A stretch of 63,005 nucleotides of DNA, counting the filler, from Bdellovibrionales bacterium RIFOXYD12_FULL_39_22 (GTDB lineage Bacteria > Bdellovibrionota > Bacteriovoracia > Bacteriovoracales > Bacteriovoracaceae): assembly GCA_001770205.1 (NCBI GenBank). It is 8 parts of 8 records of this genome, joined end to end, with 100 filler letters (N's around TTAATTAATTAA, not from the genome) between each part and the next. Parts side by side here need not be neighbours in the genome. Positions count along the whole stretch, not along the records: positions 8,520 to 20,386 come from MEQL01000016.1; positions 20,487 to 28,543 come from MEQL01000017.1; positions 28,644 to 36,081 come from MEQL01000018.1; 5 more parts are not named here. The stretch is one strand, 5' to 3'. The notes beneath the pieces were generated by a model. The model searched no databases. It had not been told where the DNA came from and was given only the letters and a program-made list of their open reading frames with translations. The position numbers and the translations under genes were made by a program. Below, piece after piece: positions 19,557-28,827 of the stretch (positions are counted from its first letter, which is position 1; each line of letters opens with the position of its first letter).

Positions 19557-20231
19557 TTATTTTGCTGCAAATAATTTTAAATGTTTATTCTCGTTAAAAT
19601 CAACAGTAGATTTGATTATTTTTAGGCCTACACTTTCAATTTCACTCATAACATCTTCCGGCCGACCAAAATATCTATAAGCAATTCCGTTGTAAATCAT
19701 ACACCTTGATTCCTCATCAAAAACATACTCCATATTTTTAAAATCTCTCATACCACATTGTGTGCTAATATAAATTACTCCACTAGGAGCTAGCACACGG
19801 CAAGCTTCTTGAAGTAACTTTTTTCTATCATCGCCAATGATGCAATGAAGACAGTTTGAGTCAATGATCACATCAAAATAATTGTCAGCATATTGTGACA
19901 AATCTATAACATTACCAACATTGAATTTAATATTAAGCTTTGCTTCAATCGATTTTTCGATTGCCCATTTTATTGCTTCTTCAGAAATGTCAATCCCGGT
20001 TACTTCATATCCTTTTTCCGCCATTTGTAAGGCAACTGTACCGTTACCACACCCTAGATCAAGCAATTTGCCTTTTTTGGGGAAAAATTCTAACAACGAA
20101 AAAGATGTTATTGTTTCTTTCCAGTTTCTGAAGCGTACTCCATCAGTATCACCACCCCATGCGACATCTCCAGCAGCCTTGGCCCTTTTGTAAAGTTCAT
20201 CATGAATATGGTAGTTTTTATCATATCCCAC
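19557..20231 (-). CDS. Class I SAM-dependent methyltransferase
   Basis: LLDLGCGNG, VTGIDIS, FDVIID..LH, RVLAPSG. Confidence 0.92.
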   Translation of the reverse strand: MGYDKNYHIHDELYKRAKAAGDVAWGGDTDGVRFRNWKETITSFSLLEFFPKKGKLLDLGCGNGTVALQMAEKGYEVTGIDISEEAIKWAIEKSIEAKLNIKFNVGNVIDLSQYADNYFDVIIDSNCLHCIIGDDRKKLLQEACRVLAPSGVIYISTQCGMRDFKNMEYVFDEESRCMIYNGIAYRYFGRPEDVMSEIESVGLKIIKSTVDFNENKHLKLFAAK

Positions 20232-20312
20232 TTATATATCTCCCATCGTTAATTCAATAAAGGTATGAACCCTTTCAACACCACCTCTTGAAAATGGCAA
20301 CTCTAATTTATC

Positions 20313-20386
20313 GTAAGGCTTTCACAGCAGTCAGTGATTTAGTCTGATTTATCTGCCATCCTTGAAAAATAGTTATCAAATAAGGA
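20313..20386 (+). mobile_element. IS66-family-like left end (copy 2)
   Basis: Identical to 8341-8414. Confidence 0.75.
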
Positions 20387-20486
20387 NNNNNNNNNNNNNN
20401 NNNNNNNNNNNNNNNNNNNNNNNNNNNNNNTTAATTAATTAANNNNNNNNNNNNNNNNNNNNNNNNNNNNNNNNNNNNNNNNNNNN

Positions 20487-20575
20487 AGTTAAAATAAATT
20501 GGAAGTTTTCGCGAAGGAAGGCTCGGGTAAAGTTCAAGTACAAAACCGGCAAAAATTAAATTGTCGCAGTACTAG
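20487..20575. mobile_element. End of an unidentified IS inserted at CTAG
   Basis: 20542-20578 is the exact reverse complement of 57004-57040; both at contig breaks with different internal sequence. Confidence 0.65.
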
Positions 20576-20918
20576 CTTTAGTATTTCTTCGTTGATAGCA
20601 GGTCTGCCTATGTTTTTCCCTTCGCTAAGAAGTACCCGAATTTTTCTATTGGCCAGTGAGATTTTTTTCAGCAGAATATATAATGGATATGGTGATGTGA
20701 AATATAGATAAATTTCCATTGCCGCCAAAGACAGGTAGTGTCTGTATACTGTAATGCAAATAAAAATATTTTTGAAAGCTGTTTTCATTTTTTAGGGATC
20801 AATATAATATCAGTGCAGGGATTGGGAAGTAAAAAGATAATATATTTCCAATCATTTGGATTTTACCGCTACCACATGCTTGCTTTAAAAAAAATATTCG
20901 CAAAAACTACAGTTATGA

Positions 20919-21281
20919 TTAGATTTTTTTTAGGAGTTTAAGCAGTTCATCCTTTCGCTTTTCTAAAACTGTAATTTGTCTTTTAAGTGACCTTAAGTTT
21001 GTATTGTTTTTTTGTAACTCATTTTTAAGTTTCTTTTCCTGAAAAAAATTATCGCCCTTTTTTGCTTTTACAAGGCCCTCTACCTCTCTCCGAAGTAACC
21101 TTATGAATGGATTACCAAAAACAGATTGCATCCTATATTGTAATTTCCCCGCCTTAATCGCTTTCACAATCTCTTCATAACTTAAGCCAAATTCTTTTAA
21201 AGCAGTTTTTTCGCTGAGTGTTTCTCCCGCTTGAGACCACAGTCCTGATTCGGGGGATGACATTAAATCTTTACGACTCAT
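20919..21281 (-). CDS. Hypothetical protein with C-terminal coiled coil (possible HTH)
   Basis: ATGA coupling with upstream gene; KEFGLSYEEIVKAIKAGKLQYR. Confidence 0.65.
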   Translation of the reverse strand: MSRKDLMSSPESGLWSQAGETLSEKTALKEFGLSYEEIVKAIKAGKLQYRMQSVFGNPFIRLLRREVEGLVKAKKGDNFFQEKKLKNELQKNNTNLRSLKRQITVLEKRKDELLKLLKKI

Positions 21282-21700
21282 GACAATACCTCTTGGCCGA
21301 GGCCACAACATCTCTTATGTTTTTTGCCGCTCCCACAGGAACACAAGTTGTTTCGGAATGCTTTTCTTGCCTTCATTAAACCAGAAGGGGCAACACCATT
21401 TTTATGCCTTTTATTATTTTGTTTTTCTTCAGCACAATCACTACACAGGCAATCATCTTCGGCGATGTTGGATAAAAGACTAAGTGCCTTTACGCCTCTT
21501 AGTGTATCTAATACTTCTACAGAGATGAAGAATGCGCCAATCCCAAAACATGTAAAAGCAAAAATCAAGGTTCCTTCAAAGCGTGTGAAATGAACAACCA
21601 TTGATAAAACATGGCCTCCTCCAATAATAAATCCAAATACAACAGTTACCGTCAAGCACACATAGAAAACGGTCCATAATATATCAAACAGCTTCATCAT
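21278..21700 (-). CDS. Membrane protein with C-terminal SEC-C motif
   Basis: Two TM segments; RNNLCSCGSGKKHKRCC; AGGAGG RBS. Confidence 0.75.
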   Translation of the reverse strand: MMKLFDILWTVFYVCLTVTVVFGFIIGGGHVLSMVVHFTRFEGTLIFAFTCFGIGAFFISVEVLDTLRGVKALSLLSNIAEDDCLCSDCAEEKQNNKRHKNGVAPSGLMKARKAFRNNLCSCGSGKKHKRCCGLGQEVLS

Positions 21701-21777
21701 AATTACCTCCTACAATTTCCTAAATCTGAAATTTATCCCACCCAATATTGAAATTTTATTAATTTAAAATGCATTAA

Positions 21778-22170
21778 TCACCAACGGCCTCGCCACTTGT
21801 CTCGGTAACTTGGTGGCGCAGGAATCGATTCCAATGGCCCTGTAGTTCGTTCGGCAACGAATGAACTATCACTATCCCCCTTGATTTTGATAATGCCTTT
21901 AAGAAGGCCATCTTTGGAGAGCTTCGCTCGGCCGGAACCTGACATCTTGTCAAACTCCCAAGCTCCTTCCCAGGAGAAGGAAACCCCTTGCTTGGTCGGC
22001 CAGCATTTAATATTGGCCAAAAGCACACACATCCTAAGCTTGCCGTAATTTCCAGTAAACGAGATAAGAGCTTTGCCAAGAATATTGAGGTCTTTCTTAT
22101 TCCAACGCGATGTCTCAATTATCTGCCACTGGCCATAGTATTCATCAGGAATTGGTTCTTGCTTTGTCAT
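21778..22170 (-). CDS. Hypothetical beta-rich protein
   Basis: 130-aa ORF co-oriented with neighbours; GQWQIIE, FSWEG..D..SGSG.A. Confidence 0.65.
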   Translation of the reverse strand: MTKQEPIPDEYYGQWQIIETSRWNKKDLNILGKALISFTGNYGKLRMCVLLANIKCWPTKQGVSFSWEGAWEFDKMSGSGRAKLSKDGLLKGIIKIKGDSDSSFVAERTTGPLESIPAPPSYRDKWRGRW

Positions 22171-22332
22171 AATTAAAACTAGTTAATAAAAAAACGACCA
22201 TTTTTATACAATATTGCTAAAAAGCGAGTGCATTACTTGGCACGCCTGCTTAATGCTTTTCGACAATCTATTTTAAAAGCTTCGCACAGTTTTATTTTCC
22301 TCTAACTACGCAGCTCTCTAATAACGTTAACA

Positions 22333-22956
22333 CTACGCTAAAATCGTAAAATCCGCTTCTCCGACCTCAACGAATGAATGCAACTTTTTCATAATTTTAT
22401 TAACATCATCATGTGGCCCCTGAATGTAATAAGGCTTACCATCTTTACCGAAAGTAAATTTTTTGTCGTAATCTCGTTGGGCCTCAATAGCATATTTTGA
22501 TAACTCCCAATCTTCATGGGGGGCAAATCCAAACTTGGCAGCATACTCAATCCCACCCAAAACAATACTCCGACTATCTTCATAGCTAATTTCGACCATT
22601 TTCCCTGGAAATGTTCTAATGATATATGCAATATCGTCATATCGCACACGAAAATGGGTGGCCACCTCCTTAAGTCCCAGACAAAAGGTATCAATATTAT
22701 AGCCAGCAAAAAAATATTTTTGAGATGGCATCACTCTTATTAACATTACACAGGCAATCCCAGTGTTCTCCCACCCTTGATTGACCCAGCATTGATAAAA
22801 AGGAAATTCTAAAGCTTTTTTTAAAAGTTCGGAATTGGGCAAATCCATTATTCCTTTTGCTTTTTGCAAGCAACAAAATTTAAATTTTTTCCCACTACCA
22901 CAACTGCAAGGTTCATAGATATTTTTACCGCTCAAGTATCCTCCGGTCTTTGCCAT
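22333..22956 (-). CDS. N-terminal SEC-C motif protein
   Basis: EPCSCGSGKKFKFCC; DTFCLGLK, FGKDGKPYYIQGPHD. Confidence 0.8.
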   Translation of the reverse strand: MAKTGGYLSGKNIYEPCSCGSGKKFKFCCLQKAKGIMDLPNSELLKKALEFPFYQCWVNQGWENTGIACVMLIRVMPSQKYFFAGYNIDTFCLGLKEVATHFRVRYDDIAYIIRTFPGKMVEISYEDSRSIVLGGIEYAAKFGFAPHEDWELSKYAIEAQRDYDKKFTFGKDGKPYYIQGPHDDVNKIMKKLHSFVEVGEADFTILA

Positions 22957-22978
22957 CGACAGCTGCTATGAATTCGTT

Positions 22979-23731
22979 CTATTTTACGTTAGCGGCCACT
23001 GATGGATAAATTTCTTGTATTAATTTATGAAAATTGTAATCGCTGTTTCCGTTCCATAGTTGCATGGCAATTACTTCACGCATCTTTAAACCGTTTTCAA
23101 GCTGATTTATTCCCTCTTCATAGAAATGAACTGGAAGTCGTTCAATTTTTGCCATTGGTTTTTTAGATTCTTCGTGCTGCCAGCGCATAAAAAGCTCTCT
23201 CTTTTTTTCCATGCTTACATTTTGCGACATAATTTCGGCAATTTTTTCTTCAGATACTTCCATTACATTTCTTGGCCTAGGTTGTCGATCAAAGTATTCC
23301 GCATGAATTTCCACGCTATTGGCAGGGTAATTGCCAAAAAACTGATTTACAATTTCTACCTCAGTAACCTCAAATAATGATTTTCCAAGATGCTTATCAA
23401 AAAATAAAACGGCACTAACGGCCCGATCGAAAGAATTAACGTTGATATAAGCTTCACCATCTTTTTTAAAAAAAATTCGACCCAGAATGATAGATTCTTG
23501 TTTTAAGGAAATTTTTTCAAATGGCGTTTTGAATTTAATTTCAAGAGCCTCATTATCATAAAACCACTCCCAGTAATCCAAAGCGGAGTTAAAACTAACA
23601 CAATCTAGGTTTAAAAGCTTTTTGATAACATCGTTTTTATTATAAACTTTATAATAAAGACGAGCAATTTGGTAGAATTCACCTGTCAGTGTTGTTAGTA
23701 GTGGAGACTTATTCGAACCCATGTTTAACAC
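22979..23731 (-). CDS. Conserved-looking hypothetical protein
   Basis: 250-aa ORF; TGEFYQIARLYY, ERLPVHFYEEGI. Confidence 0.65.
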   Translation of the reverse strand: MLNMGSNKSPLLTTLTGEFYQIARLYYKVYNKNDVIKKLLNLDCVSFNSALDYWEWFYDNEALEIKFKTPFEKISLKQESIILGRIFFKKDGEAYINVNSFDRAVSAVLFFDKHLGKSLFEVTEVEIVNQFFGNYPANSVEIHAEYFDRQPRPRNVMEVSEEKIAEIMSQNVSMEKKRELFMRWQHEESKKPMAKIERLPVHFYEEGINQLENGLKMREVIAMQLWNGNSDYNFHKLIQEIYPSVAANVK

Positions 23732-23963
23732 CTTTGAATATAAAAAAAACTATCTTTCTCAAATTTGATTAATGTGTATGGCCCGAAAAGTCGGATTTGT
23801 CCAAATGAAACTAACGCAAAATGAAATAATCTTCAGGCTGAAAAATGTAACTCCTACAATACGGACGTAGATATTGATTTTAAATTTTTGTAAAATGAAG
23901 TTTGAACGCACATTACTAACAATGCGGGGTGCAAAACAGTTGGACAAATGTTGTCCTATTCCT

Positions 23964-25175
23964 TTATTTCCTTTTTTTATTAGCAATTTTCGGTGTTTTT
24001 AAAAATTTCTTTTGCGCTAAGAAAAGCCTCTGTTCGCGCGTAAGTTCCTGCTCAAGCTCCTTTTCCGTTGGCAAATAAAGCATATATTTCGAGGCAAAGA
24101 TTTTTTTGTTCTCTTTGAGCACTGAGTATTTTACGACTACTTCATCTTTCTCTGCGCAGAGAATAAGTCCAATTGTTGGGTTATCTTCTTTTTTTCGTTC
24201 AAGATCATCGAACATCCTAACATACATATCCATCTGGCCAACATCTTGATGTGTCAATTCACCGATTTTTAAATCGATCAGCACAAAACATTTTAAAATA
24301 TAATTATAAAAAACAAGGTCGATATAAAAATGCGAAGAATCAGTTTCCATTCTATATTGGCGTTTAATAAAAGCGAAACCCTTGCCAAGCTCTAGCAAGA
24401 AAGATTGAATATTTTGAATAATAGCTGATTCTATATTTTTCTCATGATATTTATCTTCTTCTGGCAGGCCCAAAAAATCTAAAATATATGGATGTTTAAT
24501 CAGATCAGATGGCGTTTCAACAATTTGTCCTCGCTCTATCAAATCCATTACTCCCGCCTTATTTCTACTTTTCAAAAGACGAGCAAATAGAAATGTATGA
24601 ATCTGCCTCTCCAAAACAGTTACGCTCCAATTTTCTTTTTCCGCCTCTATTTCATAAAAAAGCCGTTCGTTGTTATTTTCGACTTGAAGAAGTATTCTGT
24701 AATGTGACCAACTTAGGCAGGAAGAAAAACCATGTATAAAACTAGTCTTTTCAATAGCAATGCTTAAATCACTCAAAAGGTCACAGGCCTTGTGACCTTT
24801 TGATAAAGCAATAGATTCATCAGCTAACTTATGACGAATCGCTGGCAAACGATCAGAATATAACTGATAAAACATGCGAAAATATTTTAGATTTGTAACA
24901 GAAAACCCTCTTCCATACTGCCTGTTCAGCTTCGAAGAAAGATCTTTAATTACTTGTGTACCATATTCGGCCCGGTTTTTTCCTTTTTGTAGCTCTTCTA
25001 CAATCTCTTTACCAATGTACCAATAAGCAATTATCATGCTACTGTTTACAGCTCGAACGACATCTATCTTGGCCTGTTCTAAAATATAAACAATTCTATC
25101 AAACAAATCAGTCCTAACTTTTTTCCCAGATGTCCCACGCGATGTTTGTTTTTTTAATTTTTTTCCGCCACTCAT
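23964..25175 (-). CDS. yhcG: YhcG/DUF1016 PD-(D/E)xK nuclease family protein
   Basis: VN..YWYIG, GFSVTNL, LSWSHY, PYILDFL, FLLELGKGFAF, IDLVFY, LIDLK, GQM..YV. Confidence 0.95.
   Translation of the reverse strand: MSGGKKLKKQTSRGTSGKKVRTDLFDRIVYILEQAKIDVVRAVNSSMIIAYWYIGKEIVEELQKGKNRAEYGTQVIKDLSSKLNRQYGRGFSVTNLKYFRMFYQLYSDRLPAIRHKLADESIALSKGHKACDLLSDLSIAIEKTSFIHGFSSCLSWSHYRILLQVENNNERLFYEIEAEKENWSVTVLERQIHTFLFARLLKSRNKAGVMDLIERGQIVETPSDLIKHPYILDFLGLPEEDKYHEKNIESAIIQNIQSFLLELGKGFAFIKRQYRMETDSSHFYIDLVFYNYILKCFVLIDLKIGELTHQDVGQMDMYVRMFDDLERKKEDNPTIGLILCAEKDEVVVKYSVLKENKKIFASKYMLYLPTEKELEQELTREQRLFLAQKKFLKTPKIANKKRK
24775..24840. repeat. Two in-frame 27-bp palindromes inside yhcG
   Basis: AAAAGGTCACA-GGCCT-TGTGACCTTTT (24775-24801) and GATTCATCAGCTAACTTATGACGAATC (24814-24840). 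Confidence 0.8.
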
Positions 25176-25352
25176 TTTAGCTCCACGTTATCAAAGATCC
25201 ATTAATATTTCCCAATAAGCAACCACCATGGCATCGTTTCCCGTTCGGGTCGCACTAGCACGAGCTTGTTTTGGTAGTGTACGTATATTCTTATAAATTT
25301 TATCGGAAACTACTATTTTCATAAAAACCTACCTGACAAATCTTAGTTTCCA

Positions 25353-25379
25353 GATTCGTCAGACAGTGTTTGACGAATT
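25353..25379. repeat. Free-standing 27-bp palindrome of the same type
   Basis: GATTCGTCAGA-CAGTG-TTTGACGAATT upstream of yhcG. Confidence 0.7.
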
Positions 25380-25471
25380 CAATTACACAATATTACCAGA
25401 TTTCATCAATCATACTTGTTAAATTTTTCATCTGCAATAAAGAAGCTATTTTTCATAAAGTAACAAGAAAT

Positions 25472-25636
25472 TTATTTCTTCACGGGCAACAACGGCAACC
25501 GCCCCCAATTAGATGCCTGTGATCCCTTAATAAGATATAGCTGTGCCATCTGAACTTTATAAATAACTTTGGGAAGCTGGCCAGTTGAAACAGTTATTAT
25601 TGCCAGTGTTGCGGCGATTGCGATTAATTTATCCAT
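25472..25636 (-). CDS. 54-aa small membrane/secreted protein (copy B)
   Basis: AAGGAG RBS; three aa differences from 11378-11542 plus several synonymous changes. Confidence 0.7.
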   Translation of the reverse strand: MDKLIAIAATLAIITVSTGQLPKVIYKVQMAQLYLIKGSQASNWGRLPLLPVKK

Positions 25637-25667
25637 ACAATTCTCCTTTTGAATTTAATCTTCTAGA

Positions 25668-26186
25668 CTACTTTTTATTTTTTTGTTCCCTTTTTATAAC
25701 AGCAAAAACACCACGCCTCTCCCATTTTGTGGCGAATCGCGGGCGCAGCTTTTGGTTGTTAAGTTCATCCGCAATGGCCTGGTTAGACTTACCTGACTGG
25801 TTGAGCTTTAAAATTTTTCTGACTATCAAATGCTTCTTCACGTCCAAAACAAGTTGGCCATCAAGGAAAGCATATCCAAAAGGAGCGGCCCCAGGGTATC
25901 TGCATTTGGTTTTATCGCTAGGAATATTTTGGCCAGTAATAAAATTTCTGATGGCCAATCCTTTGCTTACAAATGTATCTCGAATTGTTGTTATCGGTAT
26001 TCCTGTCTTCTCTTGAATCTCTCGTAGAGAGTGGCCTTTCTCGTAAAGTGGAGCACAATTTTCAATAATTCGATCTTTTGTTAGGGGTCTAAAATCAATC
26101 ATATCGTGTGGATGCAGCGGTTCGCCAGTTATATGTCCACCACCACCATTATTCACGGTATACCCACCAACAAGCTTGCAAACCAC
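25668..26186 (-). CDS. HTH plus recombinase DNA-binding domain protein (copy B)
   Basis: Paralog of 11572-12052; APFGY, IADELN motifs. Confidence 0.65.
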   Translation of the reverse strand: MVCKLVGGYTVNNGGGGHITGEPLHPHDMIDFRPLTKDRIIENCAPLYEKGHSLREIQEKTGIPITTIRDTFVSKGLAIRNFITGQNIPSDKTKCRYPGAAPFGYAFLDGQLVLDVKKHLIVRKILKLNQSGKSNQAIADELNNQKLRPRFATKWERRGVFAVIKREQKNKK

Positions 26187-26204
26187 TAGAAAGACAAGGC
26201 CCCC

Positions 26205-28448
26205 TTAACCAATGAGCGCTGAAATATTAAATTCATTCCCCGGATTATCACAATCAAGCATTTCTTTACTAGTAACCATACCAACAGAATAATTTCCAGT
26301 AAGATACTTATTCGCAACCTGCCTTAGATCGGAGATAGAACATGCTAAAATCCTCTCCCTATATTTTTGCCAATCATTCATCGAAAGATTGGTTAGTTGA
26401 TTTTCAAAATATTTAAATGCCTCCATAGATGGAGAAAGCGGAGTATCCAGTTCTGCGATAACCTGAATAATCGCGAGATCCACATCATCCTGAGAAAAAT
26501 TACTATCATTCAACCATTTGAGTGCATTCTCAAAAGTTTTTAGTGTTCTTGTAATCTGGGGATCGCGAAATGACGCCATATAGAAGATTCCTCTAATGGC
26601 ACGGTATCCACTAAAGCCACCATAGGCACCACCCTTTTCTCTAATTTCACTATGTAAAAAATCAGTTCCGATCATTTTTGCTAAAACCGCAAACTTTGCC
26701 CCATCTTCATGAATTAGAGTTGGAGTAGAAAAAGTCTTTACCACATAGGCGACATTTGTAGTTGTCGTGCAGGCCTCATCCCTCCTTTTTGTCTTTTCAT
26801 AAGCTAGATCAATACCGTTATTTTTTCTGGAAGGAAAAGATAATATTGAGCTTGCCACTAGTTCTTGAAAATCATTGTTATTATCTCGGCTGGTAACAAC
26901 CGCAACATTCAGATTATTTTTAGAAAATATTTTGCAGGCTAATGCCTTCATTTTCTCTAGTACATTTTCAAACGTTATGCGATCCATTTGGGAAATTTTA
27001 TTAATCTTTCGAACAAAGGTAATTCCGCTAGTGAGCTCCATCAATCGATGATACTGGCTGGTATTTCTGGCCGCACTCTTAACGGCGTAATCCGTTCCAT
27101 AATCTGCAACACATATCATCAATTCATTGGCCTGATCTTTGATAATACTCTCGATTTTGTCAACATCATCCAAGCTATACTCGTTTATAAGTTCCGTCAT
27201 AATTGCCATCATCGGTTTTATATTTTCATCCAGACATTTGGCAAAAATATCAAAACTCAAATATGCACGATCCGTTTCGTTCACGTAGCGGCCAGTTCCC
27301 AGCGAAGAGGCAACTTTGCCTGTGTATAGGCCAATCCTCTTGGCCATCTCATGATAAGGAGAATTTTTGGTTCCTATTTTGGTAAAAACAGTAGCAAGCA
27401 AAGAAAGTAATATTACCTCCTCCTCATTAAGATCTCCTTGAGAAAAAGAGTATTTAATATAAGAAATTCCGTTGGTCGATTGATCATAAAAATATAACTT
27501 AGACCCAGCAACCTCTAGAATTTCAGGTGAGGTTTTTAAAGACTTCATTTTCATATTTAGGTCTTTTACCTCAATTTTGGGCAACAGAGAAAAATCGATA
27601 AACTTTTCTTGCCGCTCTTTGAGCAACCTTGCATTTTGAACTAACTTATCTTTTTGGGAAGAATTGAGCATTATTTTTTGTTTTTCCAATTTCTCTCGAA
27701 GTTCCTGATCTGCACGCTCTTTCATTGAATGGTCTGGTCTTAACACTAGGGAAACCTTATGAGGATTATCTATAAAATACTCTTTGATTTTTTCCTTGAG
27801 ATAGTTTTTGTCTTTCAAACTATCCTTTAATTTTTTCATATCGACATCAATTCTGATAAATGAAACAACATCGCCACCATGCAGCCATGGTGTAATAAAA
27901 TTGAGTACGGTGGATAATCCGAAAGGATAATAATCACCGGTAATCTCTTTAACTTTAAACTCAATTTGATGAAGTGCTGACCTAACCTCACTATCATCAA
28001 TTTCCTGATCCATGATCTGTGCCAAAGAAGTGTTAATTACTTTTTCCACCTCGGGTATCTCAGAGTTCTTTACACCTTCAAGACCTACAGAAAAAACCAA
28101 CTCTCGAAGCTCTCTCTCAAGTCCAGAAAACTTAGCAATACTCTTGCCAAGTTTTGATTCCAAAAGATTTTTTCTAAGAATTGCCCCCTCATTGCCTAAT
28201 AAAAGATGGGCCAGCACACGTGCTAATAAAGTAACATAGGAATCAGTACCATCTTGTAAAATCCAAGAGACTCCGACAATATTTTTCATCCCATCGTCTT
28301 CATTTTTAGAAAGAGGAAAGCTGAATTCAAATTTTTTTGGAGATGTGTATTTTTTTTCTAAAGGAACAGTAGTTTTTGGATCAATGCTTTCAAATTTATC
28401 CAAAACATTTTCGCTTATAAATGCCAAATGTTTTTCTAAACTAAAAGA
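26205..28448 (-). pseudogene. Insulinase (M16C/presequence protease-like) peptidase, 5'-truncated
   Basis: TNGISY, IREKGGAYG, SFRDP motifs; N-terminal HxxEH domain missing; similarity stops near 28450. Confidence 0.8.
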
Positions 28449-28643
28449 CGGTATGTTTCAGGTATTAGTGCAGTTTTTTGATAAGTTGAAAAACTTTTCT
28501 CAGCAGTATTCATATAGCTAATCATTTTTTCTTCTACCGTCAANNNNNNNNNNNNNNNNNNNNNNNNNNNNNNNNNNNNNNNNNNNNTTAATTAATTAAN
28601 NNNNNNNNNNNNNNNNNNNNNNNNNNNNNNNNNNNNNNNNNNN

Positions 28644-28819
28644 ATGATAAACAGCAAAAACGATGCTCCGGCCACTGCGCCGGACAGTGGAATCAGATAG
28701 GTGTTGGTAATAGTCTCAAAACCGTTTTTGAGCTTAGAAAATGCATAGGCATTAGATACCCCAAGCGCCATTGATCCCAATACCACACCGGCGATATCAA
28801 TTATTTTTATCCGTTTCAT
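28644..28819 (-). CDS. VirB2/TrbC-like pilin (3' partial)
   Basis: Signal ending AYA then amphipathic and hydrophobic helices; GGGGG RBS; cut by contig end. Confidence 0.6.
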
Positions 28820-28827
28820 ACGGCCCC

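Noticed and set aside
13522..20231. Classical integron
   Set aside because: No intI and no RYYYAAC..GTTRRRY attC structures; most spacers are too short
20487..20620. Joining the end of contig 7 to the start of contig 3 as two flanks of one IS insertion
   Set aside because: The reconstructed empty site stops the substrate-binding protein within a few codons, so these are probably separate insertions
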